A DNA stretch of 64,000 nt from Bacillota bacterium (GCA_023428265.1 JAEYYW010000013.1:1943-65942); one strand, 5' to 3'. Counted from the first letter of the stretch, positions 38,294-47,669 are shown. Program-made: numbers and translations. Notes: generated by a model from the letters alone, not told the origin.

Positions 38294-39325
38294 ATGTATG
38301 CGAGCCGCCCGATCAAGCTATTTGCGCTTCTTGTCGCGATGATGATCGCTGTGCTGGCCTCCGGATGCCAGTATATTCTTCCGTCTGAAGAAGAACCGCT
38401 GGCGCCGCCGCTGGTTGCACCGAAAAATGTGGATTACACCACGGTTGACGTGGTCAAAGGTGATCTGGTTAACTCCGTGCAGGGAGTGGGAAGGCTGGAA
38501 AGCGTCAGGCTGGAGGATGTCTATTTCACAGCTGGCGGCGGCCGCATCAAGAGCACCAATGTGGGGCTGGGAGACATGGTCAAAAAGGGCGATGTGCTGA
38601 TCCAGCTTAATGTGGATGACTTGAACCATCAGCTGGCCGTGGCCAAGCTCAGGCTGGAGCAGATGGAAAACAATTACGCCTCCATGAAAAAGCAGATGCG
38701 CGGGGCTCGTGACAAGACACCTCTGAAAAACGCGGAGATTGACTTGCAAATACAGAAACTTGAGATCAAGCGGTTGTCGGAGCAAATTGAAAACGCAACG
38801 CTGCGGGCGCCGATTGACGGTTCCGTGGTTTATGTGACATATGCCCGCCAGGGCAGTTATGTGGATGCGTATAGCACGCTGGTGCGGATCGCCGACCAAA
38901 GCCAGAAGATGCTCACCTATATTGATGATCTGAACCGATCCTATTTCCAGATTGGCATGAAGGTGCAGGTCACCCTTATTTCAGACAAAAGCACGACGGA
39001 GGGGGAAGTGGTGTCCACGCCCCTTGAACGGGAAAAGTATGATGATGAAAAGCTGAATAAGATGCTGTTTATCAAGGTGCCGGACGCGTTTTTGGCAAAC
39101 ACCAAAGTGGGGGAAGAGGCGAAACTTGTCCTGATCCTTGGTGAGCGAAAAGATGTTTTGAAGATCCCGAAAAGCGTGGTTCGCACATACCTGCAGCGCA
39201 AATATGTGCAGGTGCTGTCCGATGGCGTAAAGGTGGAGAAGGATATTCAGATCGGGTTGGAAACCGCCACTGAGGTGGAGGTCATCAGCGGTCTGGAAGA
39301 AGGCGAAAAGATCATCGTTCGCTGA
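38294..39325 (+). CDS. HlyD/MacA-type periplasmic adaptor lipoprotein
   Basis: Lipobox VLASGC, a barrel-sandwich motif VKKGDVLIQL, a coiled-coil segment and LRAPIDGSVVYV. Confidence 0.8.
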   Translation: MYASRPIKLFALLVAMMIAVLASGCQYILPSEEEPLAPPLVAPKNVDYTTVDVVKGDLVNSVQGVGRLESVRLEDVYFTAGGGRIKSTNVGLGDMVKKGDVLIQLNVDDLNHQLAVAKLRLEQMENNYASMKKQMRGARDKTPLKNAEIDLQIQKLEIKRLSEQIENATLRAPIDGSVVYVTYARQGSYVDAYSTLVRIADQSQKMLTYIDDLNRSYFQIGMKVQVTLISDKSTTEGEVVSTPLEREKYDDEKLNKMLFIKVPDAFLANTKVGEEAKLVLILGERKDVLKIPKSVVRTYLQRKYVQVLSDGVKVEKDIQIGLETATEVEVISGLEEGEKIIVR

Positions 39326-39353
39326 GACTCATCTTCAGCGAGGAGGGGGCCCC

Positions 39354-42194
39354 TTGTTCTTTTTGGTAATGAAAAAGATCATGAACAACAAATGGCTGAT
39401 GGGCTGCCTGCTGGTCGGCTCCATTCTGGCCGTTGCCATGGTCAGCAGCATCCCGCTCTATACAGGTGGGATCCTGCAGCGGATGCTGCTCAAAGACCTG
39501 GAGCAGTTCCAGCTGGATACCGGAAAATACCCCGGACGATATCAGATGGACCTGAACACATTCACTCACTATTCCGGTGATGCCAACAGCCGGGTGAACA
39601 CCTATCGCTGGTTTGACGCTCGGACCGACGGCATGGCAGACCAGTTCGGCTTGCCCTATCTCAAGGTCAAGCGCATCGGCATGGACTATATGACGTTTGT
39701 GCCGGAAGTACAGAAGGAAGAGAAGCCTGCCAGAATATATTGCAAACTGTATGGCGTGACCGACTACGAAAAGCACATTGAGCTTGTCGCCGGCAGGCTG
39801 CCTGCGGCCATGCCGGTGGACGGCGTTTATGAGGTTCTGGCCACAGAGTCGGCGCAGCAGAACAGCCTGAACATCGTTTTGAATGAGACCCTCGTCCTGA
39901 GGGATGAAACCAAGCAAATGGATCAGATCCGTGTGAAGGTCGTGGGTTTGTATCGCCGGCCCGAAGTGGCGGACGCATGGTGGAGCGAAGGTATCGGCAC
40001 TTATGACACCGCGCTGCTGATGGATTATCGCATGATGGAGCAGGACATCGTGCAGCAAAACCGGGCGATCGTCACCGCTTACTGGTATTATGCGCTGGAT
40101 TACACCAAGCTGAAGGTGACCGATCTGAAAGAGTTCAGCCATCTTCTCGATGAGCAGAAAAAGTCGTTCACCAAGTATGCCGGCACGCAGTGGCAGTTCC
40201 CGGCAAAGCCGATCCTGGATCAATACGCCGTCCGTGCAGACCAGCTAAGGCTCACGCTATGGGTGATGCAGGTGCCAATCCTGCTCATGCTGGCGTTCTA
40301 CATTTTTATGGTGAGCCAGCTCATCATTGAAAACGACCGCAACGAAATCGCGGTGATGCGCAGCCGCGGCGCATCGGGAATGCAGGTGTTTGGCAGTTAT
40401 CTGCTGCAAAGCGCGATTCTCAGCGGCATCTCGGTTGCCGTAGGGCCTATTGTGGCATTTTTCATATGCCGGGTGCTTGGTGCTGCAAACGGCTTTCTGG
40501 AGTTTGTTTCGCGCACCGCTCTTCCGCTTGAAATGGACTGGAACACAGTCCTGTATGCCATCTACGCTGCATTCTTCTCCATCCTAATGATGATGATTCC
40601 GGCTGTGCGGGCATCGAGAATCTCCATTGTGGAGCACAAGCAGAAAAGGGCGCGCCGTTGGAACGCACCTCTCTGGCAGAAAATGTTTTTGGATTTTATC
40701 CTGCTTGGCATCTCTCTCTATGGTTTGTTCCAGTATAACCTGCGCAAGGAAACCATTCTGGTCACGGCCGCAGAGGGGATGTCCGTCCCGGTGGATCCAT
40801 TCCTTTTTATCATTTCCACAGCCTTCGTGATCGGCGCGGGTCTGCTTTTCCTGCGGGTGTACCCCCTGGTGATCCGCCTGATTTCCTGGGCCGGCAGAAA
40901 AGTCTGGTCACCGGCCATCTATTCCTCCTTCATACAGGTGGGGCGATCCGGCGGCAGAGAGCAGTTCCTGATGCTGTTTCTGATCCTGACAATCTCCATT
41001 GGCGTGTTTAATGCCAACTCAGCCCGCACCATCAACCAGAACATCGTGGATAAAGTGAACTATCAGTATGGTGCGGACCTGACACTGCAGATGGAGTGGC
41101 AGAGCAATGAGATCAAAGACACCGTCGCGGTGCCAAGCGGGCTCCCCACGGTGGACACAACGACACCGCTTGCGCCGGCGATCATCTATCAGGAGCCCGA
41201 TTTTCACATCTACTCCAAGCTTGACGGCACAGCCGCTGCCGCGCGGGTCTTTATGCCCACCGGCAGCATAAGCATCTACGGCAGTGAGCGCAAGCAGAGA
41301 GCGGGCAAGCTGATGGCCGTTGTCCCGGATGAGTTCGGCAGAGTGGCCTGGAGCAAGCCAGATCTTCTGGGGCACCATATCAACGAATACCTGAACCTGC
41401 TGAGCCGCTCGCCCAACGCGGTGCTGATCTCCAAACCACTGATGGACGACCTCAAGCTGAAGCCGGGGGATCCGATTACATATCGCTGGGGCAGTCAGGA
41501 TGACGTGGACGGGGTTGTATACGCCGCGGTGCAGTTTTGGCCCGGTCTGAACCCATATGAAAGTGACAGCAGCAACTTTATCATCGCCAACCTGAACTAT
41601 GTGCAGGCCAAGACATCCAAGGAGCCTTATCAGATCTGGTATCAAAAAACGGAGGGCGCCACCACCAAACAGATCTATGATGACATTGAGGCCAAGCAGA
41701 TGAAACTGCAATGGGTCAAGGATGCCAGGCAGGAGATCATTAAAAAGAAGAATGACGCGCTGCTGCAAGGCACAAACGGCGCTATGACCCTTGGGTTTGT
41801 TGTAACGCTGGCGATCAGCATGATCGGGTTCTTTATCTACTGGATCCTGTCCATTCAAGCCAGGACATTGCATTTCGGTGTGTTCCGCGCGATGGGCATG
41901 AGTGCCGGCCGCGTGATTTTGATGCTTGTGTTTGAGCAGATCCTGATCTCCGGCGCATCCATACTGATGGGCTTGATCATCGGGGGAGTGATGAGCAATC
42001 TGTTTGTGCCGCTGCTTGGCCTGGTTTATGGCGCGGCGGAGCAGGTGCCTCCGTTCACTGTGATTGCCAGCCGGGAGGATTATCTGAGGCTATATGTGGT
42101 CGTTGGCGGGATGCTGGTTGCCGGCCTGGCACTTCTGGGGATACTCGTGAAGCGGATCAAGGTTTCCCAGGCCATCAAGCTGGGGGAGGATTGA
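39354..42194 (+). CDS. ABC transporter permease with two FtsX/MacB-type modules (946 aa)
   Basis: TTG start after GAGGAGGGGG. Two copies of the unit TM + large extracytoplasmic domain + 3 TM (FtsX-like). Confidence 0.85.
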   Translation: MFFLVMKKIMNNKWLMGCLLVGSILAVAMVSSIPLYTGGILQRMLLKDLEQFQLDTGKYPGRYQMDLNTFTHYSGDANSRVNTYRWFDARTDGMADQFGLPYLKVKRIGMDYMTFVPEVQKEEKPARIYCKLYGVTDYEKHIELVAGRLPAAMPVDGVYEVLATESAQQNSLNIVLNETLVLRDETKQMDQIRVKVVGLYRRPEVADAWWSEGIGTYDTALLMDYRMMEQDIVQQNRAIVTAYWYYALDYTKLKVTDLKEFSHLLDEQKKSFTKYAGTQWQFPAKPILDQYAVRADQLRLTLWVMQVPILLMLAFYIFMVSQLIIENDRNEIAVMRSRGASGMQVFGSYLLQSAILSGISVAVGPIVAFFICRVLGAANGFLEFVSRTALPLEMDWNTVLYAIYAAFFSILMMMIPAVRASRISIVEHKQKRARRWNAPLWQKMFLDFILLGISLYGLFQYNLRKETILVTAAEGMSVPVDPFLFIISTAFVIGAGLLFLRVYPLVIRLISWAGRKVWSPAIYSSFIQVGRSGGREQFLMLFLILTISIGVFNANSARTINQNIVDKVNYQYGADLTLQMEWQSNEIKDTVAVPSGLPTVDTTTPLAPAIIYQEPDFHIYSKLDGTAAAARVFMPTGSISIYGSERKQRAGKLMAVVPDEFGRVAWSKPDLLGHHINEYLNLLSRSPNAVLISKPLMDDLKLKPGDPITYRWGSQDDVDGVVYAAVQFWPGLNPYESDSSNFIIANLNYVQAKTSKEPYQIWYQKTEGATTKQIYDDIEAKQMKLQWVKDARQEIIKKKNDALLQGTNGAMTLGFVVTLAISMIGFFIYWILSIQARTLHFGVFRAMGMSAGRVILMLVFEQILISGASILMGLIIGGVMSNLFVPLLGLVYGAAEQVPPFTVIASREDYLRLYVVVGGMLVAGLALLGILVKRIKVSQAIKLGED

Positions 42195-42197
42195 GCG

Positions 42198-42923
42198 ATG
42201 GACAGGAAACCGATCATCTCCACAGACAACGTAAACCGGATCTTCCAGTCGGGCGTGGAGCGGGTGCACGCATTGAAGGACATCACCATCGACGTGAACC
42301 CTGGCACACTGACGGTGCTGAAGGGCCGCTCCGGGTCTGGCAAGACCACGCTGATGAACATATTGGGCGCTCTGGACCAGCCCACATCCGGTAAAGTTTT
42401 TTTTGACGGGAAGGATATCACATTGATGCACGAGGGGCAGCGTGACAGGCTGCGCCGGACGCAGTGCGGCTTCGTGTTCCAGTCGGTTGCCTTGATTGGG
42501 TTGATGTCCGCCTATGAAAATGTGGAGTTTGCTCTGCGCCTGAGCGGTATGCCCAGAAATCTCTGGCAAAGCAGGGTGGAGGAGTGCCTGGGATACATCG
42601 GCCTGAAGGGCCGCATGAGGCACCGGCCCGGCGAGCTTTCCGGCGGCGAGCAGCAGCGCGTGGCGATTGCCAGGGCAATCGCGCACAGGCCCAAAGTGAT
42701 TTTTGCCGACGAACCCACCGCAGAGCTGGACACCCACATGGGGCTGCAGGTGATGAAACTGTTTCGGGAGCTGGTGCGCTGCGAAGGCATTACCATTGTG
42801 ATGACCACGCACGACCCCAACATGATGGATCTGGCCGATCATGTCTACGCGCTGGATGACGGTGCGATCGTAGACGAGGTGCTCCACACATTCCCGGCGG
42901 AAGGTGAGGCGGGTTGTCTTTGA
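42198..42923 (+). CDS. ABC transporter ATP-binding protein (MacB/LolD type) 1
   Basis: GRSGSGKTT, LSGGEQQRVAIARA and IFADEPT. Confidence 0.9.
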   Translation: MDRKPIISTDNVNRIFQSGVERVHALKDITIDVNPGTLTVLKGRSGSGKTTLMNILGALDQPTSGKVFFDGKDITLMHEGQRDRLRRTQCGFVFQSVALIGLMSAYENVEFALRLSGMPRNLWQSRVEECLGYIGLKGRMRHRPGELSGGEQQRVAIARAIAHRPKVIFADEPTAELDTHMGLQVMKLFRELVRCEGITIVMTTHDPNMMDLADHVYALDDGAIVDEVLHTFPAEGEAGCL

Positions 42924-43834
42924 GCGAGATGATACAGGCTGAAAACCTGGTGAAGATTTACAAGACCTCCGAAACGGAGGTTGTGGCGCTGCAGGGCTTG
43001 GACTTGGTTGTGGAAACCGGTGAGATGATGGCAATCATCGGCAAATCCGGTTCGGGCAAATCCACCCTGCTCAATATGATCGGGGGTCTGGACAGGCCAA
43101 GCGCCGGCATACTGATGGTGGACGGCAAAAACATGCTCAAGTTCACCGAAAAAGACTATGTGAAATACAAGCGTGAAACGGTGGGCTTCATCTGGCAGAA
43201 CAATGCCCGCAACCTGATTCCGTATATGACGTCGATGGAAAACATACAGCTTCCCATGGTGCTGACCAGCGAGCGGGCGAGGCAGGAGAGGGCGCGGGAG
43301 CTGCTGGATGTTGTGGGGTTGTCTCACCGCTGGCGCAGCCGGCTGAGCCAGCTTTCCGGCGGCGAGCAGCAGCGTGTGGCCATCGCCATTGCTTTGGCCA
43401 ACAGGCCGAAGATTCTGCTGGCCGATGAGCCCACCGGCTCGGTGGATAACCGCACCGCGGATATGATTCTGGATATCTTCCGCGATGTCAACCGGCAGCT
43501 GGGCGTCACGATCATCATTGTGACCCATGACACGTCCCTGTCCGGCAAGGTGGACCGTATCGTTGCGATCCGCGACGGGCGCACCTCCAGCGAGTATGTG
43601 AGCCGTGTGTCTTATATGGATGAGCTGAAAAACGTGAAGAACCTCAACGAGAGCGAGCAGCACGTGGAGCTCGCCGTTGTCGACGGTGCCGGCCGGCTCC
43701 AGATTCCCACGGAGTATCTTGAGCAGATCGGTGTCAAGGGCCGCTCCCGCCTGCGTGTGGAAATGGACGGAGACCGCGTTGTGATCTTCAACCCCCGCGA
43801 GCAAAAGCAGGAAGAGGCAAACGAAGACGCCTAA
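42914..43834 (+). CDS. ABC transporter ATP-binding protein 2 with AbrB/SpoVT-like C-terminal extension
   Basis: GKSGSGKST, LSGGEQQRVAIAIAL and LLADEPT. The C-terminal roughly 80 aa include VVDGAGRLQIPTEYLEQIGVKGRSRLRVEMDGDRVVIF. The start is TTG 42914 or ATG 42929. Confidence 0.9.
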   Translation: MSLSEMIQAENLVKIYKTSETEVVALQGLDLVVETGEMMAIIGKSGSGKSTLLNMIGGLDRPSAGILMVDGKNMLKFTEKDYVKYKRETVGFIWQNNARNLIPYMTSMENIQLPMVLTSERARQERARELLDVVGLSHRWRSRLSQLSGGEQQRVAIAIALANRPKILLADEPTGSVDNRTADMILDIFRDVNRQLGVTIIIVTHDTSLSGKVDRIVAIRDGRTSSEYVSRVSYMDELKNVKNLNESEQHVELAVVDGAGRLQIPTEYLEQIGVKGRSRLRVEMDGDRVVIFNPREQKQEEANEDA

Positions 43835-43862
43835 TCTCCGCTTCTAATCCCTCCATATACTA

Positions 43863-43871
43863 TGGTATAAT
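43863..43871 (+). promoter_or_regulatory. Extended -10 promoter element upstream of the DUF368 gene
   Basis: TGGTATAAT (TGn + TATAAT). The -35 region is weak. Confidence 0.45.
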
Positions 43872-43932
43872 AGCCACATTCTGGATACCGGGCGCACAAC
43901 CCGGCATTTGCCTTGATAGGAAGTTGAGTAAG

Positions 43933-44778
43933 ATGAATCAGCAGGCCGTGATGGGAAAAGACTCGCCGGCGCAGTGGGTGCTGCGGGTGATCAAAGGCAT
44001 GATCATTGTTTCCGGCTTTCTGCTGCCGGGCATCAGCGGCGGCGTGCTGGCCGTTGTGCTTGGCGTGTATGAACCGATGATGCGTTTTCTCGGTGATTTC
44101 AGGCACAACTTCAAGAAGAACTTCCTCTTCCTGCTGCCGGTGGGGATCGGGGCTTTGCTCGGGCTGTTCCTGTTTGCCGTTTTGTTGAAGACATTGTTTG
44201 AGCAATACGAAGTCTACCTGATCTGGTTTTTCATCGGCGGAATTGCCGGCACGCTGCCGGCGATCTTCAAAAAGTCCGGCGAGCAGGGCAGGAAGAAGAG
44301 CCATTGGGCGCTGCTTGCTATAATGACCGTTGTGACATATGCAGGCCTGTATCTTCTGCAAAACGCCGGGGCTACCGGATCGATACCGACCAGCAGTTTC
44401 TGGGTGTGGCTCTTTACCGGCGCACTGATGGGCCTGGGCGCCGTGCTGCCCGGTCTTGGGCCGTCCAACTTCCTGATTTTCCTGGGCCTCCTGGAGCCGC
44501 TGATGGCAGGTCTGAGCAGCTTCAACCTGTCTGTGATCATTCCGTTTTTCATCGGGATTGCGGCATGCGTGCTGGCGCTGGCGCGGCTGATGAATTATCT
44601 GTTTGATCATGCCCACGCCACGATGTATCATATCATTCTGGGCATTGTCATCGGTTCCACGCTGATCATCGTGCCCGGTGTATTCCCGGTGCCGCTGATC
44701 TGCACGGTTGTATTCCTGATCGGTTTGGGGGCGTCACTGTGGATGGGGAAGAAGGAGTCGCTCAAAGAAGGGAATTAG
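43933..44778 (+). CDS. DUF368 family polytopic membrane protein (family implicated in undecaprenyl-phosphate recycling)
   Basis: LLPGISGGVLAVVLGVYEPMM and a second repeat with VLPGLGPSNFLI. About 8 TM segments. Confidence 0.8.
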   Translation: MNQQAVMGKDSPAQWVLRVIKGMIIVSGFLLPGISGGVLAVVLGVYEPMMRFLGDFRHNFKKNFLFLLPVGIGALLGLFLFAVLLKTLFEQYEVYLIWFFIGGIAGTLPAIFKKSGEQGRKKSHWALLAIMTVVTYAGLYLLQNAGATGSIPTSSFWVWLFTGALMGLGAVLPGLGPSNFLIFLGLLEPLMAGLSSFNLSVIIPFFIGIAACVLALARLMNYLFDHAHATMYHIILGIVIGSTLIIVPGVFPVPLICTVVFLIGLGASLWMGKKESLKEGN

Positions 44779-44801
44779 TCCTTCCTACAGGCAGATAAGG
44801 C

Positions 44802-44836
44802 AAGGCGGAGCATCTGTTGCTCCGCCTTTCGTTTTT
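44802..44836 (+). terminator. Rho-independent terminator after the DUF368 gene
   Basis: AAGGCGGAGCA-TCTGT-TGCTCCGCCTT followed by TCGTTTTT. Confidence 0.75.
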
Positions 44837-44894
44837 ACTTCAAATTGTACAGAAATTGTGATTATTATTTTGCATCAGGAAAGGGAAAACTAAA

Positions 44895-44912
44895 TTGACA
44901 AAACTTTAACAA
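44895..44912. promoter_or_regulatory. Rex-like operator 1 (overlaps -35)
   Basis: TTGACAA-AACT-TTAACAA, one mismatch to TTGTTAA-N4-TTAACAA. Confidence 0.5.
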
Positions 44913-44923
44913 TCTCCTATACT
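44895..44923 (+). promoter_or_regulatory. adhE promoter
   Basis: TTGACA (44895-44900), a 17-nt spacer, then TATACT (44918-44923). Confidence 0.65.
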
Positions 44924-44927
44924 GTAA

Positions 44928-44945
44928 TTGTTAAATAATTAACAA
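44928..44945. promoter_or_regulatory. Rex-like operator 2 (just downstream of -10)
   Basis: TTGTTAA-ATAA-TTAACAA, a perfect inverted repeat matching the clostridial Rex consensus. Confidence 0.6.
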
Positions 44946-45015
44946 TCATGGATCGGGTTGGAACATCGCGCAGGCCGGCGGGTGCTCAACCAAGAGGAAT
45001 GAAAGGAGCCTGGAC

Positions 45016-47610
45016 ATGACAAAGCAGCAGAATGTTGCGGCTGAAAAGCCTGAATACCAGATTCAAATCGACGAACTGGTTGATAACGCCAAACATGCAC
45101 TTTCAGAGTATTTGCGCATGAACCAGCAGCAAGTGGATCGCGCGGTGGAAGCCATGGCTCTTGCCGGTGTGGAAAACCATATGATGCTCGCGCGCATGGC
45201 TGTGGAGGAGACGGGCAGAGGGGTCTACGAAGACAAGATCACAAAAAACCTCTTCGCCACCGAGAGCGTCTACCATAGCATCAAGGGCATCAAGACCGTT
45301 GGCGTCGTGGACGACAATGAGATGGAGGATTATGAGGAGATTGCCGAACCTGTTGGTGTGATCGCCGGAGTAACCCCCGTCACAAACCCCACGTCCACCA
45401 CGATGTTTAAGGCAATCATATCGGCAAAAGCCCGCAACCCGATCATCTTTGCTTTCCACCCTTCCGCGCAGCGATGCAGCGTGCAGTCCGCCCGCATATT
45501 GCGGGATGCGGCTGTTGCCGCCGGCGCACCGGCCCATTGCGTGCAGTGGATTGAGAACCCGTCATTGGATGCCACACAATATCTGATGAACCACCGTGGT
45601 GTTTCGCTGGTGCTGGCCACCGGCGGGTCCGGCATGGTGAAGGCTGCCTACAGCACCGGCAAACCGGCGCTGGGCGTGGGGCCCGGAAACGTGCCCTGTT
45701 ATATCGAGAAAACTGCCAATGTGGAGCGGGCATGCACCGATTTGATCCTCTCCAAGACCTTTGACAACGGCATGATCTGTGCCAGCGAGCAGGCCGTGAT
45801 TGTGGACCGTGCCATCCAGGCTAAGTTTGAGCGGTATATGGCCGAAAACGGCTGCGTCTTTCTGAATGAGGCCGACACGGCGAAGCTTGCGGCATATGCC
45901 ATTGATGAAAACAAGAAGGCGATGAACCCTGCAGTCGTGGGGCAGCCGGCGTCGGCAATCGCCGAAAAGTGCGGCATTGCGGTGCCGGAAAACACCAAGA
46001 TCCTGATCGCCAGGCTGCAGGGGGTGGGGCCGGAGTATCCGCTGTCCAGAGAAAAGCTGAGCCCGATCCTGGCGTATTACGTTGTGGAAGATTATCAGGA
46101 GGGGGTTGCTATGAGCGAGGCCATGGTGAGCTTTGGCGGCCTTGGCCATTCGGCGGTCCTGCACACTGAAAATGAAGAAGTGAAGGATTTGTTTGCCCGC
46201 ACCATCAAGGTTGGCAGGCTCATCATCAATACGCCTTCCTCCCAAGGGGCAATCGGCGACATCTACAACACCAACATGCCGTCGCTCACGTTGGGCTGCG
46301 GCTCCTACGGCAGAAACTCCACAACCAGCAACGTCACGGTTGTGAACCTGATCAATCGGAAGAGGGTGGCACGCAGGAGGGTGAACATGCAGTGGTTCAA
46401 GATCCCGGAGAAAATCTATTTTGAGAGCGGCTCGGTGCAATACCTGGAAAAGATGCCGGACATCGCCAGGGCGTTTATCGTGACCGATCCCTATATGGTG
46501 AAGCTCGGGTATGTGGACCGGGTGCTGTATTACCTGCGCAAGCGTGAGGGTTACGTGCACAGTGAAATCTATTCCGAGGTGGAGCCCGATCCGTCGGTAG
46601 AGACTGTGATGAACGGAGCCCGGCAGATGGCATCCTTCCAGCCGGATGTCGTGATCGCAATCGGCGGTGGGTCGGTCATTGACGCGGCGAAAGGCATGTG
46701 GCTGTTCTACGAGCACCCGGAAGCGGACTTCGCCAAAATGAAGCTGAAGTTCATGGACATTCGGAAAAGGGTTTATAAGTTCCCGAGGCTGGGCAAGAAG
46801 GCGCGTATGGTCGCGATCCCCACCACGTCCGGCACCGGTTCGGAAGTCACATCCTTTGCGGTTATCACCGACCGAGCCCACAATGTGAAATACCCTCTGG
46901 CGGATTATGAGCTGACGCCGGATATCGCGATCATTGACCCGGATTTTGTGATGACGGTGCCCAAGGCGATCACCGCCGACACCGGCATGGATGTGCTCAC
47001 CCACGCGATCGAGGCATATGTGAGCGTGCTTGCCAGCGACTATACCGATGCACTTGCGATGAAAGCCATACAGCTGGTGTTTGAATACCTGCCCCGGGCC
47101 TATGACAACGGTGATGACCGTGTTGCGCGGGAAAAGATGCACAACGCGAGCTGCATTGCCGGCATGGCGTTCACCAACGCTTTCCTGGGGATCAACCACA
47201 GCCTGGCCCACAAGCTGGGTGGTGAGTTCCACATCCCTCATGGCCGGGCCAACGCCGTGCTGCTGCCCCATGTGATCGAGTATAACGGGAAGAAGCCGAG
47301 CAAGTTTGTGTCCTTCCCCAAGTATGAGAAGTTCATCGCCGATGAGAAGTACGCCGAGATCGCCCGCGCTTTGGGCTTGCCAGCAAACACCGCGGCAGAG
47401 GGCGTGGCAAGCCTTGCCGGCGCGGTGCGCGGCCTGATGCAAAAGCTGAACATCCCAATGAGCATCGGGGAGTGCGGGGTGGATCACAAAGCATTTTTGG
47501 CAAAAGTGCCGGATCTTGCGGACCGGGCATTTGAAGACCAGTGCACCACCGCGAACCCCAGGATGCCGCTGGTGAAGGAGCTTGAAGAGATCTATAGAAA
47601 AGCATTCTAG
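45016..47610 (+). CDS. adhE: Bifunctional acetaldehyde-CoA / alcohol dehydrogenase
   Basis: 864 aa. The N-terminal ALDH domain has FDNGMICASEQ and the C-terminal iron-ADH domain has GGGSVIDAAK and HxxxH-type ligands. AAAGGAG RBS. Confidence 0.95.
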   Translation: MTKQQNVAAEKPEYQIQIDELVDNAKHALSEYLRMNQQQVDRAVEAMALAGVENHMMLARMAVEETGRGVYEDKITKNLFATESVYHSIKGIKTVGVVDDNEMEDYEEIAEPVGVIAGVTPVTNPTSTTMFKAIISAKARNPIIFAFHPSAQRCSVQSARILRDAAVAAGAPAHCVQWIENPSLDATQYLMNHRGVSLVLATGGSGMVKAAYSTGKPALGVGPGNVPCYIEKTANVERACTDLILSKTFDNGMICASEQAVIVDRAIQAKFERYMAENGCVFLNEADTAKLAAYAIDENKKAMNPAVVGQPASAIAEKCGIAVPENTKILIARLQGVGPEYPLSREKLSPILAYYVVEDYQEGVAMSEAMVSFGGLGHSAVLHTENEEVKDLFARTIKVGRLIINTPSSQGAIGDIYNTNMPSLTLGCGSYGRNSTTSNVTVVNLINRKRVARRRVNMQWFKIPEKIYFESGSVQYLEKMPDIARAFIVTDPYMVKLGYVDRVLYYLRKREGYVHSEIYSEVEPDPSVETVMNGARQMASFQPDVVIAIGGGSVIDAAKGMWLFYEHPEADFAKMKLKFMDIRKRVYKFPRLGKKARMVAIPTTSGTGSEVTSFAVITDRAHNVKYPLADYELTPDIAIIDPDFVMTVPKAITADTGMDVLTHAIEAYVSVLASDYTDALAMKAIQLVFEYLPRAYDNGDDRVAREKMHNASCIAGMAFTNAFLGINHSLAHKLGGEFHIPHGRANAVLLPHVIEYNGKKPSKFVSFPKYEKFIADEKYAEIARALGLPANTAAEGVASLAGAVRGLMQKLNIPMSIGECGVDHKAFLAKVPDLADRAFEDQCTTANPRMPLVKELEEIYRKAF

Positions 47611-47623
47611 TTTCCAATGAAAT

Positions 47624-47660
47624 GAGAGAACCGCTCGAAGCACGAGCGGTTCTCTTTAAC
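47624..47660. terminator. Bidirectional terminator between adhE and the MerR gene
   Basis: AGAGAACCGCTCG-AAGCA-CGAGCGGTTCTCT, a 13-bp perfect stem. The flanking T/A tracts are short. Confidence 0.7.
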
Positions 47661-47669
47661 AATTCATCG

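Noticed and set aside
34606-39325. Impression of a low-GC (horizontally acquired) island around the EAL, synthase, SDR and adaptor genes.
   Set aside because: I hand-counted single 60-nt lines. The results were about 48-60% GC in the EAL gene, 63-65% in the synthase, 57-70% in the SDR and 50-58% in the adaptor, against about 72% for one addB line. That is too inconsistent to claim an island without a proper sliding-window computation.
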